Translations under genes and position numbers: made by a program | Shown here: in pieces, positions 51,648 through 64,000 of the stretch | How the letters are laid out: each line of letters starts with the position of its first letter | How positions within the stretch are numbered: the first letter of the stretch is position 1 | The notes under the pieces: generated by a model | Databases searched by the model: none | Seen by the model: only the letters and a program-made list of their open reading frames with translations | What the model was told of the DNA's origin: nothing | NCBI GenBank assembly: GCA_013265495.1 | Contig: MU057521.1 | Span: forward strand, 186,001 to 250,000 | Direction of reading: 5' to 3' | From: Vicugna vicugna | Lineage: Eukaryota | DNA length: 64,000 nt

Positions 51648-51960
51648 ACTCATTCATTTCTTCATTCATTTGTTCAATAAATATTTGAGAATCTGCATTA
51701 TGTCATTAGACAAGAGGTTATAGCAGTGAACAAGAGAGAGAAATACTTTACCTTCAAAGGGTTTGTATAAGGGACAAAGAAATAACCAAATAAATTTATA
51801 ATGCCAAGCAGTAAAGAAAATTCAGGGACTATAAAAGGTTGAAGCAATTGGGAGAGTAAATTTAGATAGGATAATCAGCAATGCCTCACTGACGGATGAC
51901 TTTGAAGCTAAGATCTAAAAACAGCCAGACGAAAAGATATGGCAATTATTTGGGGAAAAA
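51648..51960 (-). mobile_element. L2 3' end
   Basis: cattcattt...ttcaataaatatttgag...tatagcagtgaacaaga. Confidence 0.75.
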
Positions 51961-53809
51961 CTCATTCCTGATAAAGAGATGAGATATACATAGTATGTTG
52001 GGACACAAAGTCTGGAGCAGTCACACAAGCAAAGGGAAGTACAGTGTTTATTCCTTCGTGTCCTATTACGTGACCTTCCCTTATGAGCACACTGTAACTA
52101 TTAAATAAAAGTATGTTGTTGTGTTTTGAGTAATGCTGGTAGAGCCTGGCTTGCAATATAAGTCCTTCCCTAACACATTTTATTCATTTTGGACCCTCAA
52201 AGCCTGATAATAAATATTAGTTCAATTAAAGTCCAACTAGCACAAGCATTGGTGCATTAAATGCCAAACACCATTTTCTAAAGCAGAAGAAAGAAGGAGA
52301 AAAGTTTCATTTTTGAGATTGAAGAAAGGGCTTTCCACATAGCTTCACCCTGAGTAAACCAACCATTATCCTGGGAGCACCACCTGTTTCCTTTGTCAAA
52401 CCCACTTATGAAACCAGCTCTGGATCACTAAGGACCTCTGCCATTACTGCAGGAATACAGCTTAGCTGACCCAGATGGCCTGACATATCCATGTAACAGT
52501 TTTAATCCTGTTATGTTTCTGAAGCAAGAACTGAAAGTTAGATCGAGACTAAAACTGATTCTGTTCTTGAAGAATTTCTGAATTTTGGGTTCAGAAGGCA
52601 CCGTGATTCTCTGGAATGGGTCTGTATCTCAGCAAATTGCAATAGAGTAGGGTTCCACTGTTAGACTTCTGCTAAATCAGTAAGAATGTCTTCCTTAATT
52701 CCCACTGCTAGGAGGTGAACACTTGATCACATAGTCTAGTGTCTTAGGTGGCCAAAACAGGTGAAGGAGACACCAATATATTCCTTTATCATCAATCAGT
52801 TTTCTCAGCTTCTAATGGAGGGGCTTCTACTAGATGGAACCACTCCTTTTTAATTCAGCCTTCCACGATCCACAGGACTCTAATAATCAGACTCTAACAA
52901 ATAAATTTTTAATTCAAAATACAGCAGATTCTGTGAATTATTTTTCCTCTCTCAAAGCAGAGATTCACATTTCTCACTAGAAAGAGAAGAGAAGGTACCA
53001 GAAAGAAAAAGAATAATGCTATAATTTCATATATTCATGTCTGCTGCTTTACAGAGTCAGAATTCTCAGTGAATATTACAAAGGGAGGTCAGATAGTTTA
53101 GCTTTGATACAAGAAACCATTTTAAAATTCTAATTAGATGAAAAAGGAATACGGTTTTTTAAATTAAATTCTGCAATCACTTCAGTTTAAAATTTCCCTT
53201 CTGTTAAATAATAATAAAAAAAAACCTTATGCAGTGTGCTAATACTGATACTTTTTTATCTACTAGGTTCCAAACAACCCTGATTAAAAGAATGAAATTT
53301 CATCATAATAGGGAGATTTAATGAGTTCTCATGAACAATTAAAAAGATTATTTGCATATTTTTAGCCTATTGGAGGAAAAAAATACCAGGCAGGAAAGGT
53401 TTAGCAATAATCACATGCTGAGAAGGAGTGGAAAGGGAAACATTAAATGCTCTTCTTTCTTCCTGAAGCCGTGGATAACATTTCAGGACGCTTTTAGCAT
53501 GTACCTTGGAGTGACCTGGTTTACCAGTCCTTTGCACTTAGGCAGGTGTTTATTACAGGTGCTTCATCTTTGGTATTTTTATCCCTCTAAGAAAAATTAG
53601 GAATCCAGTGAAGACCCATGCCTGATTATGTTCACAGCAGTGTGTATTCCAGCAATGGGAAGAGGGAAATTACACCCAAAGCAAAGCTTAAGAAACGTGT
53701 GCCAAGCTCTCTTTGGAGAATCTATTTTGTGACATTTGTTCTTTGTCACCCAGTCTCTGGCACACAGAGCCAGCAAAAAACATCTGTCCCCAAAGTCAAG
53801 GCAGCAAAA

Positions 53810-54005
53810 GCAAGGAGCTGGAAAGAATATGAGCTTTAGATTCAGAAATGATTAGCCATTTACAACCAAATGACCTTGAACAAGCAAATTTTTTTCTCTA
53901 TAAATCTATTGAAGACACATATGTAGTTTGTAATAACATCTATTTTGTAGGGTTGTTGTGATGATCAAGGAAAATGTTTTTCCTAGTACAGTTTCCTGTA
54001 TGCAT
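53810..54005 (+). mobile_element. MIR SINE
   Basis: tgagctttagattcagaa...tgaccttgaacaag...tagggttgttgtgatgat. Confidence 0.65.
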
Positions 54006-54259
54006 ATAGATGGCATGCACTGCTTGGCAGGTAGGGCATAAAACATTTGAATAATAATAAACATCAGTTAGCAGGCAAGCAGCACATCATTAATGGGGAG
54101 AATACTCAAGCTAGTATCTAAAAGGTGGGAAACAACATAGTCAATAGAGTCATCTTGGATTCTGAAGACCAGCAGTGATTTCTGTTACAATGTATCTTTT
54201 CTATCTGCAACTTGAACCCTAACACTGGAAGACACTTCTTTCAAAATGGAACAGACAAG

Positions 54260-54754
54260 CTGAAAACACCGGCATACTCCCACCTTTCATTCCCTTGGCT
54301 CATTTTTATTTCAGCCCCTGCTCTGATAGGCTGTGCTGACTCATGCTGACATTGCCCCACTCAAAAGGCATTCGGCACATCTCTCTGTTGGTTTTGCTTC
54401 TGAGCTTTCTCAGGAGCCAACTATCCAAGCACAGTCCCTAAGTGCAAAATGAGAGGGATGGGAGGATGCAGTCAGTATCTCAGGCGACTTTCAACCAATG
54501 GGAGTAAGAGCCAGTGGATAAATTCCCCAGACTTCTGTCTTTTGGAAGGAAAATTCTAGAAGGCATTCTTCATGTTCTGCGTAGGTCTATTCTGCACTGA
54601 GCCCTTGTTGCCTGCAGCAGGGACCTCTATAATGAGTAATTGGCTTTCATTCTTGTCTTTTCTCTTCCCACTACCGTTTTGACCTCCCCGGCATCATCTG
54701 CCAAAGACATTTCCTGCTTCAGGCTCTGTTTTCAAGGATGTCCCAATTAAGACA
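54260..54754 (+). mobile_element. LTR16-like ERVL solo LTR
   Basis: caaccaatgggagtaagagccagtggataaattccccag...tcaggctctgtttt...taagaca terminus. Confidence 0.75.
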
Positions 54755-55179
54755 CTTTTCAAAAATGGGGTGGATATCAGGTGTAATTTAGACCTGGGTA
54801 CACTCAAAAGGCACACACATCATAACTTTGATACATTCTAATTTGAATGAAAAAGCAAGTATCACTTTTCACAAGATCTTTCATTCAGATGGAAGATAGA
54901 TATGCAATAGAGGTGGTGGCAGATTGTCAGGAAGAAAATATTTTGGAAGGAAGAACTTCCTTCCTGTAACTCAGTTATTTGGTATCTCATATTCATTTTA
55001 CTTGGTCTTAGGTACACAGAGGTAAGAACTCTTAAGAGATATAAGAGATTAAGATGAAGAAGAGAACCTTAGTTGAAGATGATTTTTTCTAGTTTTTCTC
55101 TATAATGCACTCAAGGATGAATTTTATATTTCAAGATGGAAAAAATGTAATTTGCTAACATCTACACCATTAGTACCAG

Positions 55180-57211
55180 TCTTTTTAAACCTTAATTATT
55201 AAAAATTTCCCTGATATATAGAATATACAGAACAATATAATGAAATCCCCATGTAACCATAACCCAGATTCAACAATTGTCAAAATTTTACTTCTCTTAT
55301 TTTATCTACACCCCCACTTTTTCCTTGAGTACTTTAAAGCACCTCTATCATATCATTTAATGCATAAATAGTTCAGTGAGCTTCTCTGCCAAATAACCAC
55401 AGTGCCATTATGATGCTTAACAAAATTAATATTAATATCTTAATATAACCTAATACTCAGTCTTTATCAAGTTCTCCACTTGTCTCAAAAATGTTTTTTT
55501 TATAGTCACCTCCTTTGACTCAAGATCCAAAAAGGTTCTACCTTCTATTTGGTTGTTAAACTTCCTAAATATCTTATGATTTATTATAGTTCCTCTCCAC
55601 ATTAAAAAATAACTTTCTTGAGATATAATTAAAGTACAATAAAAGGCACAGATTTTTACTACAAGTTTTGATAAATGTATACATTAATATAACCTCTCTA
55701 ATCAACATGTGGGATATTTCCATCATGCCAGAATATTGCCTAATATTCCTTTGTAGCCAATCACCACTCCACTCCCCCACAACGGAGATAATCATTGAAA
55801 AGATTTCTAACAGTATAGATTAGTTTGACTGTTTCAGAACTACATACAAATAGAATCGCAAGATGAGTACCTTTTTGTGACTGGCTCTTTCCTCTCAACA
55901 TAATGTTAGTGAGATTTATCCACATTGCTGCTTGTATCAGTATGACTATCAAACACTAGTATTCCACTGAATAAATATGCTAGTATTTGTTTACTTATTC
56001 ACCGGTGAGTGGTTTCTTCTTTTTCACTGTGATAAATAAAGTTGCCCTGAATATTCTTGTACAGGCATTTTTGTGGACTTACGGTCATATTAAAAAAATC
56101 CCTTGGGTAATATCCAGGAAAGGAATTTTTTGATTAATATGGGAAGTGTATGTTTTAACTTTATTTAAAGTTCATGCAACTGTTTTAGGAAGAGCATGCA
56201 GTCTTTTAAACTTCCACCAGTGATCTGTGAGAGCTGTTGCTGCTTTATGCCCTCATCAAATTTGATGTCACAGTCTTTTCAAAATTTTGGCCATTCTAAT
56301 CAGAGTCTAATAGTACATCATGTTCTGTTTTAAAGTTTTTATTTCAATGGTGATTAATGATGTTGACTACCTTTTAGTGTGCTTATTGGTCATTCTTGTT
56401 TTCTAAATTGTCTGTTGAATTCTTTCTTCTATTTTTATTATTTTTGTCTTCTGATTAATATGTTGCAGGAGTTGTTTATGCATACTTGATATAAGTCCTT
56501 TGCAAGAGATCTGTACTACAAAAATTATCACTCAGTATGTGGCTTGCTTATTCATTTTCTTAAATTTGTTCTTAAAGAGTAAATGTGTTGAATTTTGAAA
56601 TCCAATTTATCATTTTCTTAGTGCTATTATGTCTTGTTTAAAAAAAGTATTGCCTACTGACTATTACAAAAATATTCTCTTATATTTTCTTACAGTTTTA
56701 TAATTTTAGCTTTTACATTTAGATCTGTGATCTATCTGAAATTATTTTTTGTGTGTATGGTACGAGATTGGAGTCAAAGTTCCTTTTCTTTTTCAAATGG
56801 ATATCCAGTTTCCCCAGAACCACTGGTTAAAAAGACTAACATTTCTCCCACTGAATTAAGTTGTTGCTATTGTGAAAATCGATTGACTATATAAATGTGG
56901 CTCTATTTCTGAACTCTCAATTCTGTTGCATTTGATTTGTCTCCACATACACCATTATTTAAACTGTCTTGGCTGCTAATACTTTATATTGATACTTGAA
57001 ATCAAGTTGATCAATTTCTCAAACTTTTACCTTCTCTATCGATATTTTTTGGCTGTTTTAGGTCCTCTTCATGTTCACATAAATTATAGAATCAGCTTAT
57101 TAATTTCTACAAAATAGCCTATAAGAATTTTATTGGGGTTTTAGTGAATACATACAAATTTAGGGAAAATTGATGTCTGAATAGCAAAACTGAATCTTTT
57201 AACCCATGAAC
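55180..57211 (-). mobile_element. Old L1 fragments (3'UTR and ORF2)
   Basis: ctggctctttcctctcaacataatgttagtgagatttatccac, atggatatccagtttccccagaaccac, ttatagaatcagctt...ccatgaaca. Confidence 0.9.
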
Positions 57212-57496
57212 AAACACTGGTGTAACAAGCAAAAGAACTATGCAACAATATCATACCTGCACATGTTGATGGAATGTTGCGGCATTCACTGTGCATGATT
57301 TCATTGGTCAGTAATTTCAACAGAGACTTTTGCAGTGATAGGAACAGGGTATCTGATCTGAAATTGTCAACAGCTCCTAGAGGAAGTTCCTTGTTCGTTG
57401 ACAATTCAGGTAAGTTTTTGGAAACAGAAAGTTGGTCCCCAAAATTTCCTTTTTGCAAGCCATTGGATGATGCTGCTGAGAACTGCTTCAAGCTTG

Positions 57497-57789
57497 ACAG
57501 AAATGGACTCGCAGACATAGAAAACAAGCATGTTTATCAGGGGGAAGGCGAGGGAGAGGATACATTAGGAGTTTGGAATTGGCAGTTATTAACTACTATA
57601 TATAAAATAGGTAAACAACAAGGTCCTACTATTTAGCACAGGGAATTATATTCAGTATCTTGTAATAACCTATAATGATAAAGAATAAGAAAAGAATATA
57701 TATATGTATAATTGAATCAGTATTCTGTACACCAAAAACTGACACATAAATTAGCTATACTTCAATAAAAAAATTAAAAATGAAAAAAA
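57497..57789 (+). mobile_element. Younger artiodactyl-type L1 3'UTR fragment with A-tail
   Basis: acagaaatggactcgcagacatagaaaacaa...aacaacaaggtcctactatttagcacaggg...ctatacttcaataaaaaaa. Confidence 0.92.
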
Positions 57790-58499
57790 CCCTTTAAGAC
57801 AAAGAACTAAACAGTCTGTGTGATCACTCAGGTCAAGCTGTTCGTCTCAGGAAGCACATCTCCAGCTAAGTCTTGCTGATGTGGAGTTCTGTCTTGATTA
57901 CCAAGGAAGGCTAGTCACAATGTGTCCTCTCTGACCAGTGGCCTCCCAAATAGTATGTGTAATGTTCACTATTAATCTTCCTGTCATCTGAAAAGGTGAC
58001 ACTGATGTAGCATTGGGGACTTGGCCTCCAGAAAAGAAAGCAAAGACATTTCAAATATTTCAGAATGCTCTGAATTTTACTTGTTTCTAGATGACATTAC
58101 TTCCAACGGTTCTTAATTTGCAGCACAAGAGAGGGATACATCCAAAGATGCAAATTATCCTACGTTAAATTATGAATGACATGCACAGTATCTGATGTGG
58201 AGAGATATGGTAGCAATTAATTTCTAGAAATGAGAAAGAAAGAAATAATCTCACTCCTAGAGGAAGTAAAATAAGACAAGAGGAATTTTGCACATTTATT
58301 TCTTTAAAAAATACTATAATTAGCATCATCAAGAATGGTAAAGCAAACAAAGAGATAGTAAATTGTTTTCTTTTCCTCAGAAGAAACACTTTTTGTAGTG
58401 TTTGGTGCATGAAATAAATAGCAGATGTACAATGAATGGAAAAATGATTACTAGCTCGGCTTATGCTCAAGACACATGGAGTTTGCCCTTACTATTTTT

Positions 58500-59732
58500 T
58501 CTTATATTTGAGAGCTGAGGTTTCTAACTTATGAAGACTAATCAGTAGAATGAACATTCATCCACACACTGCCCACCCCAAGAAACAGAACATTACTAAT
58601 AATTCATGAGCTTCCTGAGAGCTCTTTGTGGCTCCATTCCTTGTTTCCTCTCCTGAATTTTAGGTTCATCCTTCTCTTGCTATAGATTTATTTATCGATT
58701 CCTAAAACTGCATTGCTCGGTTTTGAAGTGTTTTTAACTTTATGTAAATATTAGTCTTCCTGGGAATAGTTCCTCTGCACAAGGGTTTTCTGAAATTTAT
58801 TTTGTACATATGGCCACATTTGATTTGTTGTTATGGTTGCATACTATTCCATCACATGATCCTATGATCATTTATTTATCATCGCCCCCTCCTTGGTGGA
58901 AATTTGAGTTGTTTGCCGTTTTCTTAGCATCAAAAGATGCTATATGTATTCTGATATATTTCTTCAGTAGAACATGTGCTAGAGCTTCACTAGTGTATTT
59001 ACTTGGGATAAAATTTTTTGGTCATTTTTAACTTTACTGGACTACACCAAGTAGCTAAGATGGGTATTCTGGCTTACAGTCCCACCAGAAGTATGCAGTG
59101 ATTTCTTGGCTCTTTTAAAATCTTTCCTATCCTAAATGTAAGAATTGGCATATTGTTTTTCAATTTGCATTTTACTAATTGCCTTTTGACTACTGCAAAT
59201 AATGCTGCTATGAACATTGGTATACCTTTGATTGATTTTTAAATGTTAACTACCTGGAATAAATTCTATTCGATCATAATGTAGTATATTTTTAAAATGT
59301 TAGTTATGGTTTCCTAGTATTGTGTTAAGAAATCTTGGATCTGGATTTGTGAAAATATTGGTGGTAATTTTCTCTTTTGTCATATAATTTTTCATTAGCT
59401 TTTGGTATTAGAGATTGGCTGGCCTAATAAAACAAGTTAGTCTTAGCCAGTAATCCCTATTCTTCTGTTTCTGAAAAAGTTTACATTATTTCTTTCCTGA
59501 CTGTTTGACAGACCTTACCATATGATTCTTGAGTTTTCTTATTAGAAAGATTTTTTGATAAGCGATGCATTTTCTTTAATATAAAGCTGGCTTGCAGATT
59601 CTTTGTTTCTTTTTGTGTCAATTTTGAAAGGTTGGATTTTCCAAGAAAATGTGTCTATTTCATAAAATTAAAAATTTTTTGGCACAAAGTTTTTCATGGT
59701 ATTTTCTCATTATCCTATCATATTTATACATA

Positions 59733-59763
<31 letters not shown>

Positions 59764-60030
59764 CCTATCTATATAAAATGTGGTGATAACTCCGATTTCA
59801 CTGCTGATTTGGTGATTTGTACTCTGTTTTTTCTTGATCAGTACAGCTAAAGGCTTTGTTAGTTTTGTTTATATTTTCAAAGAACCAACTTCAGGCTAGA
59901 TTGATAATCTCTATTGTCTGTCCTTTTTCTGTTTAATTAATTTCTTGTCATTACTGTTTCTTGTTCCTATACATTTTCAGTTTACCTTGCTTTTGCTTTT
60001 CTTTTAAAGTTTCCTAATGTGAAGGCACTG
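58500..60030 (-). mobile_element. Old L1ME-like fragments
   Basis: caaataatgctgctatgaacatt, tttgttttatattttcaaagaaccaactt and similar L1 antisense landmarks. (TG)n(TA)n tract near 59733-59762. Confidence 0.7.
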
Positions 60031-60049
60031 GTTACAACTAAATATTAAG

Positions 60050-60660
60050 AAGACAAACCACTTACTAGATAATAGGGAAAAGAATCAAACAAATATTTCA
60101 CAAGGTATAAAAATAGTCAATAAGCACATGTTCAAAATTATTAGTTAATAAATACAAATAAAAAACCATAATGCAATATTACTCCTTACTCCCCAGAATG
60201 ACCATTTTTGGGAGAAAGACTGAAATGTTCAACTACTGGTGAGCATGTGCAGCAGCTAGAAGTCTTCTACATCAAAACGTAAAACGGTCCTATCACCGCG
60301 TAAAATCACTAGTGAGATTCTTAAAAATTTATACTTACATGTACCATATGCCATTCTCCAAATCATTATGCAGAATAAAATAACTGAGACACACAGAAGT
60401 ACAAACTTTACAATTCTATTTATGCAAAATTCTAGAAAAATAAAAAACTAACTTACAAGGACAAAATGTGTATCACTTGCTGTGTGGGACTAGGAGCAAA
60501 GAATACGTTGTACTTCTGAGAATGATGGATAGATTCACTATGTTGATCGGGGCAGTGATTTCATGGTGGTAAACATCTGTCAGAGCTCACCAAACTGTAT
60601 GTTTTTAATGCAGGTGATTCCTTTTACATAAATTATCCCTCAATAAAGTTAATAAAATAT
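60050..60660 (+). mobile_element. L1ME-like 3' end
   Basis: ggtgagcatgtgcagcagctagaa...cataaattatccctcaataaagtt. Confidence 0.75.
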
Positions 60661-60769
60661 AGTATTATGCAAACCCAAAACAATTTCATAAGTTAATGAT
60701 TAAAAGTGCAAGTCTCACATTTCAGTAGCTTTTGGTAGAGTTTATTCTTTAAAAGGGGAGTAATCAGGC

Positions 60770-61200
60770 AGGATTTGCCCTTATCTACTTTGCCAGACTC
60801 CGTCTTACTTTGTTTACAGCTCCATCGAACACGCCATAAGCAAGTGTGCTTCTTTAACCTTTTATCAAGCTGTTCCTTCACCCTCCCTTCTTTGTACACC
60901 CTTGAGAATTCCCACTCATTGTTTAAGGCCTGGCTATCAAGCATCCTCTTTATAATTTCTTCCTTTGTGCTTCTTGGATGTTAACAGCTCTTGCCTATAA
61001 ATCTATTTGATTTTTTTGCACGTCCTTCTCTCATAAAATTTACACTTTTTCTTTGCGTTATCCGGAGGTAGTTGTGTGAATGCCAACCTTCTGCACTAGA
61101 CTCAAAGCTTATCAACATCTGACTAAGTGCTCTGGGCTCTGAAACAAGCCTAGGACCTAAGGGATAGCTATTAAACCTACATTAAATTGAAGTTAAACTG
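60770..61200 (+). mobile_element. L2 relic
   Basis: aattcccactcattgtttaaggcctggc...cactagactcaaagctt...attaaattgaa. Confidence 0.55.
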
Positions 61201-61551
61201 AATCAGGTTCAAATTTCATTAATTTTAAACTAGGCTATATTTTCCTATTGTAAGCCTTGTAGGAAAAAGATGGGGAGCAGTGTATGCTGTTGAGGTTAAA
61301 GAAAAACTTTCATAAAGAAGGAGTCTTCAAAAAGAAACTTCAAGTTCAAGTTAACTGTGAAAAACAAGATTTTTTTTTTCTTCCCTCAATTAAGTTTATT
61401 AGCTTTGGCCTAACAACTTAAATCATTTCTGAGTAAATGGGGCTTTCCAAAAGATGAACTGTTTGCTTTTGAATTACTGCACAAAGACATTCAGACTTCT
61501 TAGAATTTCTGTGAAGAATTTTGGAAACTTCCGAAGTACCTTTCAAACATT

Positions 61552-62142
61552 TGTTGCTAACGTGTGGATGCTACTTTCAAAACCAGATTGTACAAAGGTA
61601 AACGTGGAAGGACGACTTTTTTTCCAGGTTATTACAATAAGGGAGAAAGATCAGAACTCATTCTGAGACTTGGGGTGGAGGGATCATAGGCCATCCGTGT
61701 TTGCTAATTGGTCTCACTCAAGGGAGAAGAAAACTTTCATGTGCCTTCACGGTGGAGCGAAGTTTTACAGTTGGAACAAGTTGCCCCAGAAGGGAAGTTA
61801 GGCTCCTATCCTCCCACAGAGCCTGGGAGGTAGGAACACTGTCTCCTCCATAATGTCATTTCAAAGGGATGGCCCCAAGTCCTTGAGAAAGACACTCCTG
61901 GGTTGTAAAACTGGCAAGAGACTTTTTTTTAAAGATATGCATTTCAAAGGGGCAAAGGAAGATTTTACAATTATATGTTTTTGAAAGCAAATGCTCTAAG
62001 AAAAGAGAGCAGAGGGGCCTCTGTAGTTAGGCCATCTGGATTCTTTAAGGGCCTGGGTGAGCGCGGTCCGGGACCCGGAGGCAGGAAGAAGCCAGTCTGA
62101 AGTACAGGTAGGTCGAGGGAACTGTTAAGGCCATCTTCATCA
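61552..62142 (-). mobile_element. MER31/MER67-like ERV1 solo LTR
   Basis: TG...CA termini and internal catttcaaagggatggccccaagtccttgagaaagacactcctgggttgtaaaactggcaagag. Confidence 0.8.
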
Positions 62143-62894
62143 TAGATTCTTCCGCTAATGATTTCACGTTTCTGACACTCAGCCTGGGCTTTTCCGTAAC
62201 ACCATGGAAACTGTCCTTAAGCAGAGAACTGGTCCTTTGATCCAGGAAACTGAGGCTCTAAGGGTATATCATTTTGCTTTCTGCCAAACTGAATGTGCAC
62301 CTTAATAGTTTTCTTCCAAGACTTCAAGGCCAGAGCAAAGACAGGATAGATTCAAGTGACATATATAGTTGTACACATTGTACTTTAACAGGGATAATTT
62401 TTTCCTAATTGATCAAGAAAATTCAACTCTCTTTCAATAGCAATGAAAATAGAATTGATAATACTTGCTGTGCTCTAACTTAGGCCTTTACCACACTGTT
62501 TGTTGAAAATGATGCAGCATACATATTATGTGGGAGCAGAGAGGTTGAATTTAATCAGCGCCTTTTGTTTTCTTGCTATTTGCTTTGATTGCTACAGGTT
62601 AGCTGTTTGGCTCTGTTAAGCCATTATCTCTTCCTCCCACGCATTCCTTTCTTCTCTTTGTTTCATTAGCATCTTTATTTTGTAATTTCTTTATTGTTGG
62701 AGCTGTGATGCTCAGGGTTTAAATGATTGTTTCACTTCCAAAATCCCTTTTCATCAGAAACTTTTATTTCAAACTAAAGCAGTTTGAACAAATATGATGT
62801 CTACTTTGGAATTGTATTTCTTCATACATTTGTGAGAGAGTTAGTAGCATACTATTGAATGATGTGGGTAATAATGTAAATTAGCATAATTCCC

Positions 62895-63388
62895 TGTAGG
62901 TTGGGTATGCTAAATTGATTGCCTTGATAGACCCAGTTAATGGCCTTAGTATATCCACGCTCTTTGTAGAATGATTTTGCTGCTGCCCTCACCAAGAGCT
63001 AGAGTGATTTCTCCACTCCTTGACTCTGTGCTGGGCTTCTGACTTGCTTTGACCAATAGAATGAAGCAGAAGAGATGTTTGCCAGTTCTAGCCTAGGAAC
63101 TCTAGTGGATGCCTGCATCTGCCAGGGGTATTAAACCTGGACTAGCCAATGGGAGGATTAGAGACCACATTGAAGAAGAATGGGTATTCTCAGCCAGTCC
63201 CTACACAACCCATGAACTAACTGCAAGTACTGAGCTAAACTACTCAAGATCAGTCACAGCTCTTTGTATCAGATGAACCACTGATTGATCCATAGACTCA
63301 GAACAAAAATAAATGTAAATGTTTTCCACCACTAGGATTTGTGGTTGCTTGTTACACAGCACTATTAGAGTATTAAGTAACTGATACA
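62895..63388 (+). mobile_element. MLT1G/H-like MaLR LTR
   Basis: gacttgctttgaccaatagaatgaagcagaag...ggttgcttgttacacagca...taactgataca. Confidence 0.85.
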
Positions 63389-63429
63389 TCAGCTTTCCTT
63401 TTCTGAGAGGGCACACATTTTTCTTCCAC

Positions 63430-63800
63430 CTAATTATTTTGAATACTTGCTGAGTGTCATCCTATATATCAAAGTACAATGAATGGTTAGGACTAAAGGC
63501 ACAGAAACAAATAGCAATACCCTTCTCTCAGCTGACATGCTCATGTGAGAGACAGAGGGAAAAACCAGTCAACACTTTATAACAGAGTGTGATGTGTTGT
63601 ATCTGATGAGCACAGGGTTCATCAAGCTCCCATAATGGTATGTAACTCAAACAGTTATCAAGCCGTCTTCTTGAGAGTGACTGACACATGTGGAACCTGG
63701 AATTAGGAAGAGTAGGAGCTAGGTCAGTTAAAAAGATGTGACAGAAAAACATTCCAGTAAGCAACAAATTAATTTCTAAATCATGAGAGAGCAAAGGCTA
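63430..63800 (-). mobile_element. L2 relic
   Basis: gaatacttgctgagtgtcatcctatatatca...gaagagtaggagctaggtcag...aaaacattccag. Confidence 0.55.
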
Positions 63801-64000
63801 CTGCAGAAATGTTAAGTACTTGAAAATAATGACATATGTGGGTTTTAGCAGAGATGATTTTGAAGAGTTAAGTAAAAAACAGATTAGAGCATAATTATGC
63901 TTGTGTTCCAAATGTTTGATCTCTATCTTGAAAATCACAGAAAAAAAAAGAAGGTTATTAAGAATTATAGTTGATGTGTTTATTCCAAGCATTTCAGCCA

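Noticed and set aside
57250..57360. Weak resemblance of GMLRHSLCMISL to bornavirus-N-like (EBLN) sequence
   Set aside because: Only a few identities by eye and the downstream conserved motifs are absent. Not supportable without a profile search.
1..64000. CRISPR arrays, operons, rRNA, NUMT or intact ERV/transposase genes
   Set aside because: The DNA is mammalian and I see no regularly spaced repeats, mitochondrial-like sequence or long ORFs. All LTRs appear to be solo.

Overview
AT-rich, repeat-dense mammalian DNA, intergenic or intronic, and very probably camelid: it carries three tRNA-derived Vic-1-type SINEs. Much of the window is transposon relics (L1, L2, HAL1, MIR, ERV1/ERVL/MaLR solo LTRs, Tigger and hAT elements). 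I recognise no known protein-coding gene, and the ORF track is essentially noise or L1 ORF1/ORF2 fragments. The strongest signal is a ~633-bp composite insertion at 47965-48597. It is built from two inverted copies of nearby sequence (37125-37639 and 49222-49344) joined by microhomologies, and the long pair shows a gene-conversion-like mosaic. Weaker signals are a speculative in-frame four-exon + strand transcript (10.4-27.5 kb) encoding an 87-aa hydrophobic micro-protein, an unexplained 107-nt palindrome at 19.3 kb, two CpG-retaining patches, and a MER41-like LTR with altered STAT sites. Repeat family names come from recalled consensus similarity, not a database search. Boundaries of old repeats are approximate.
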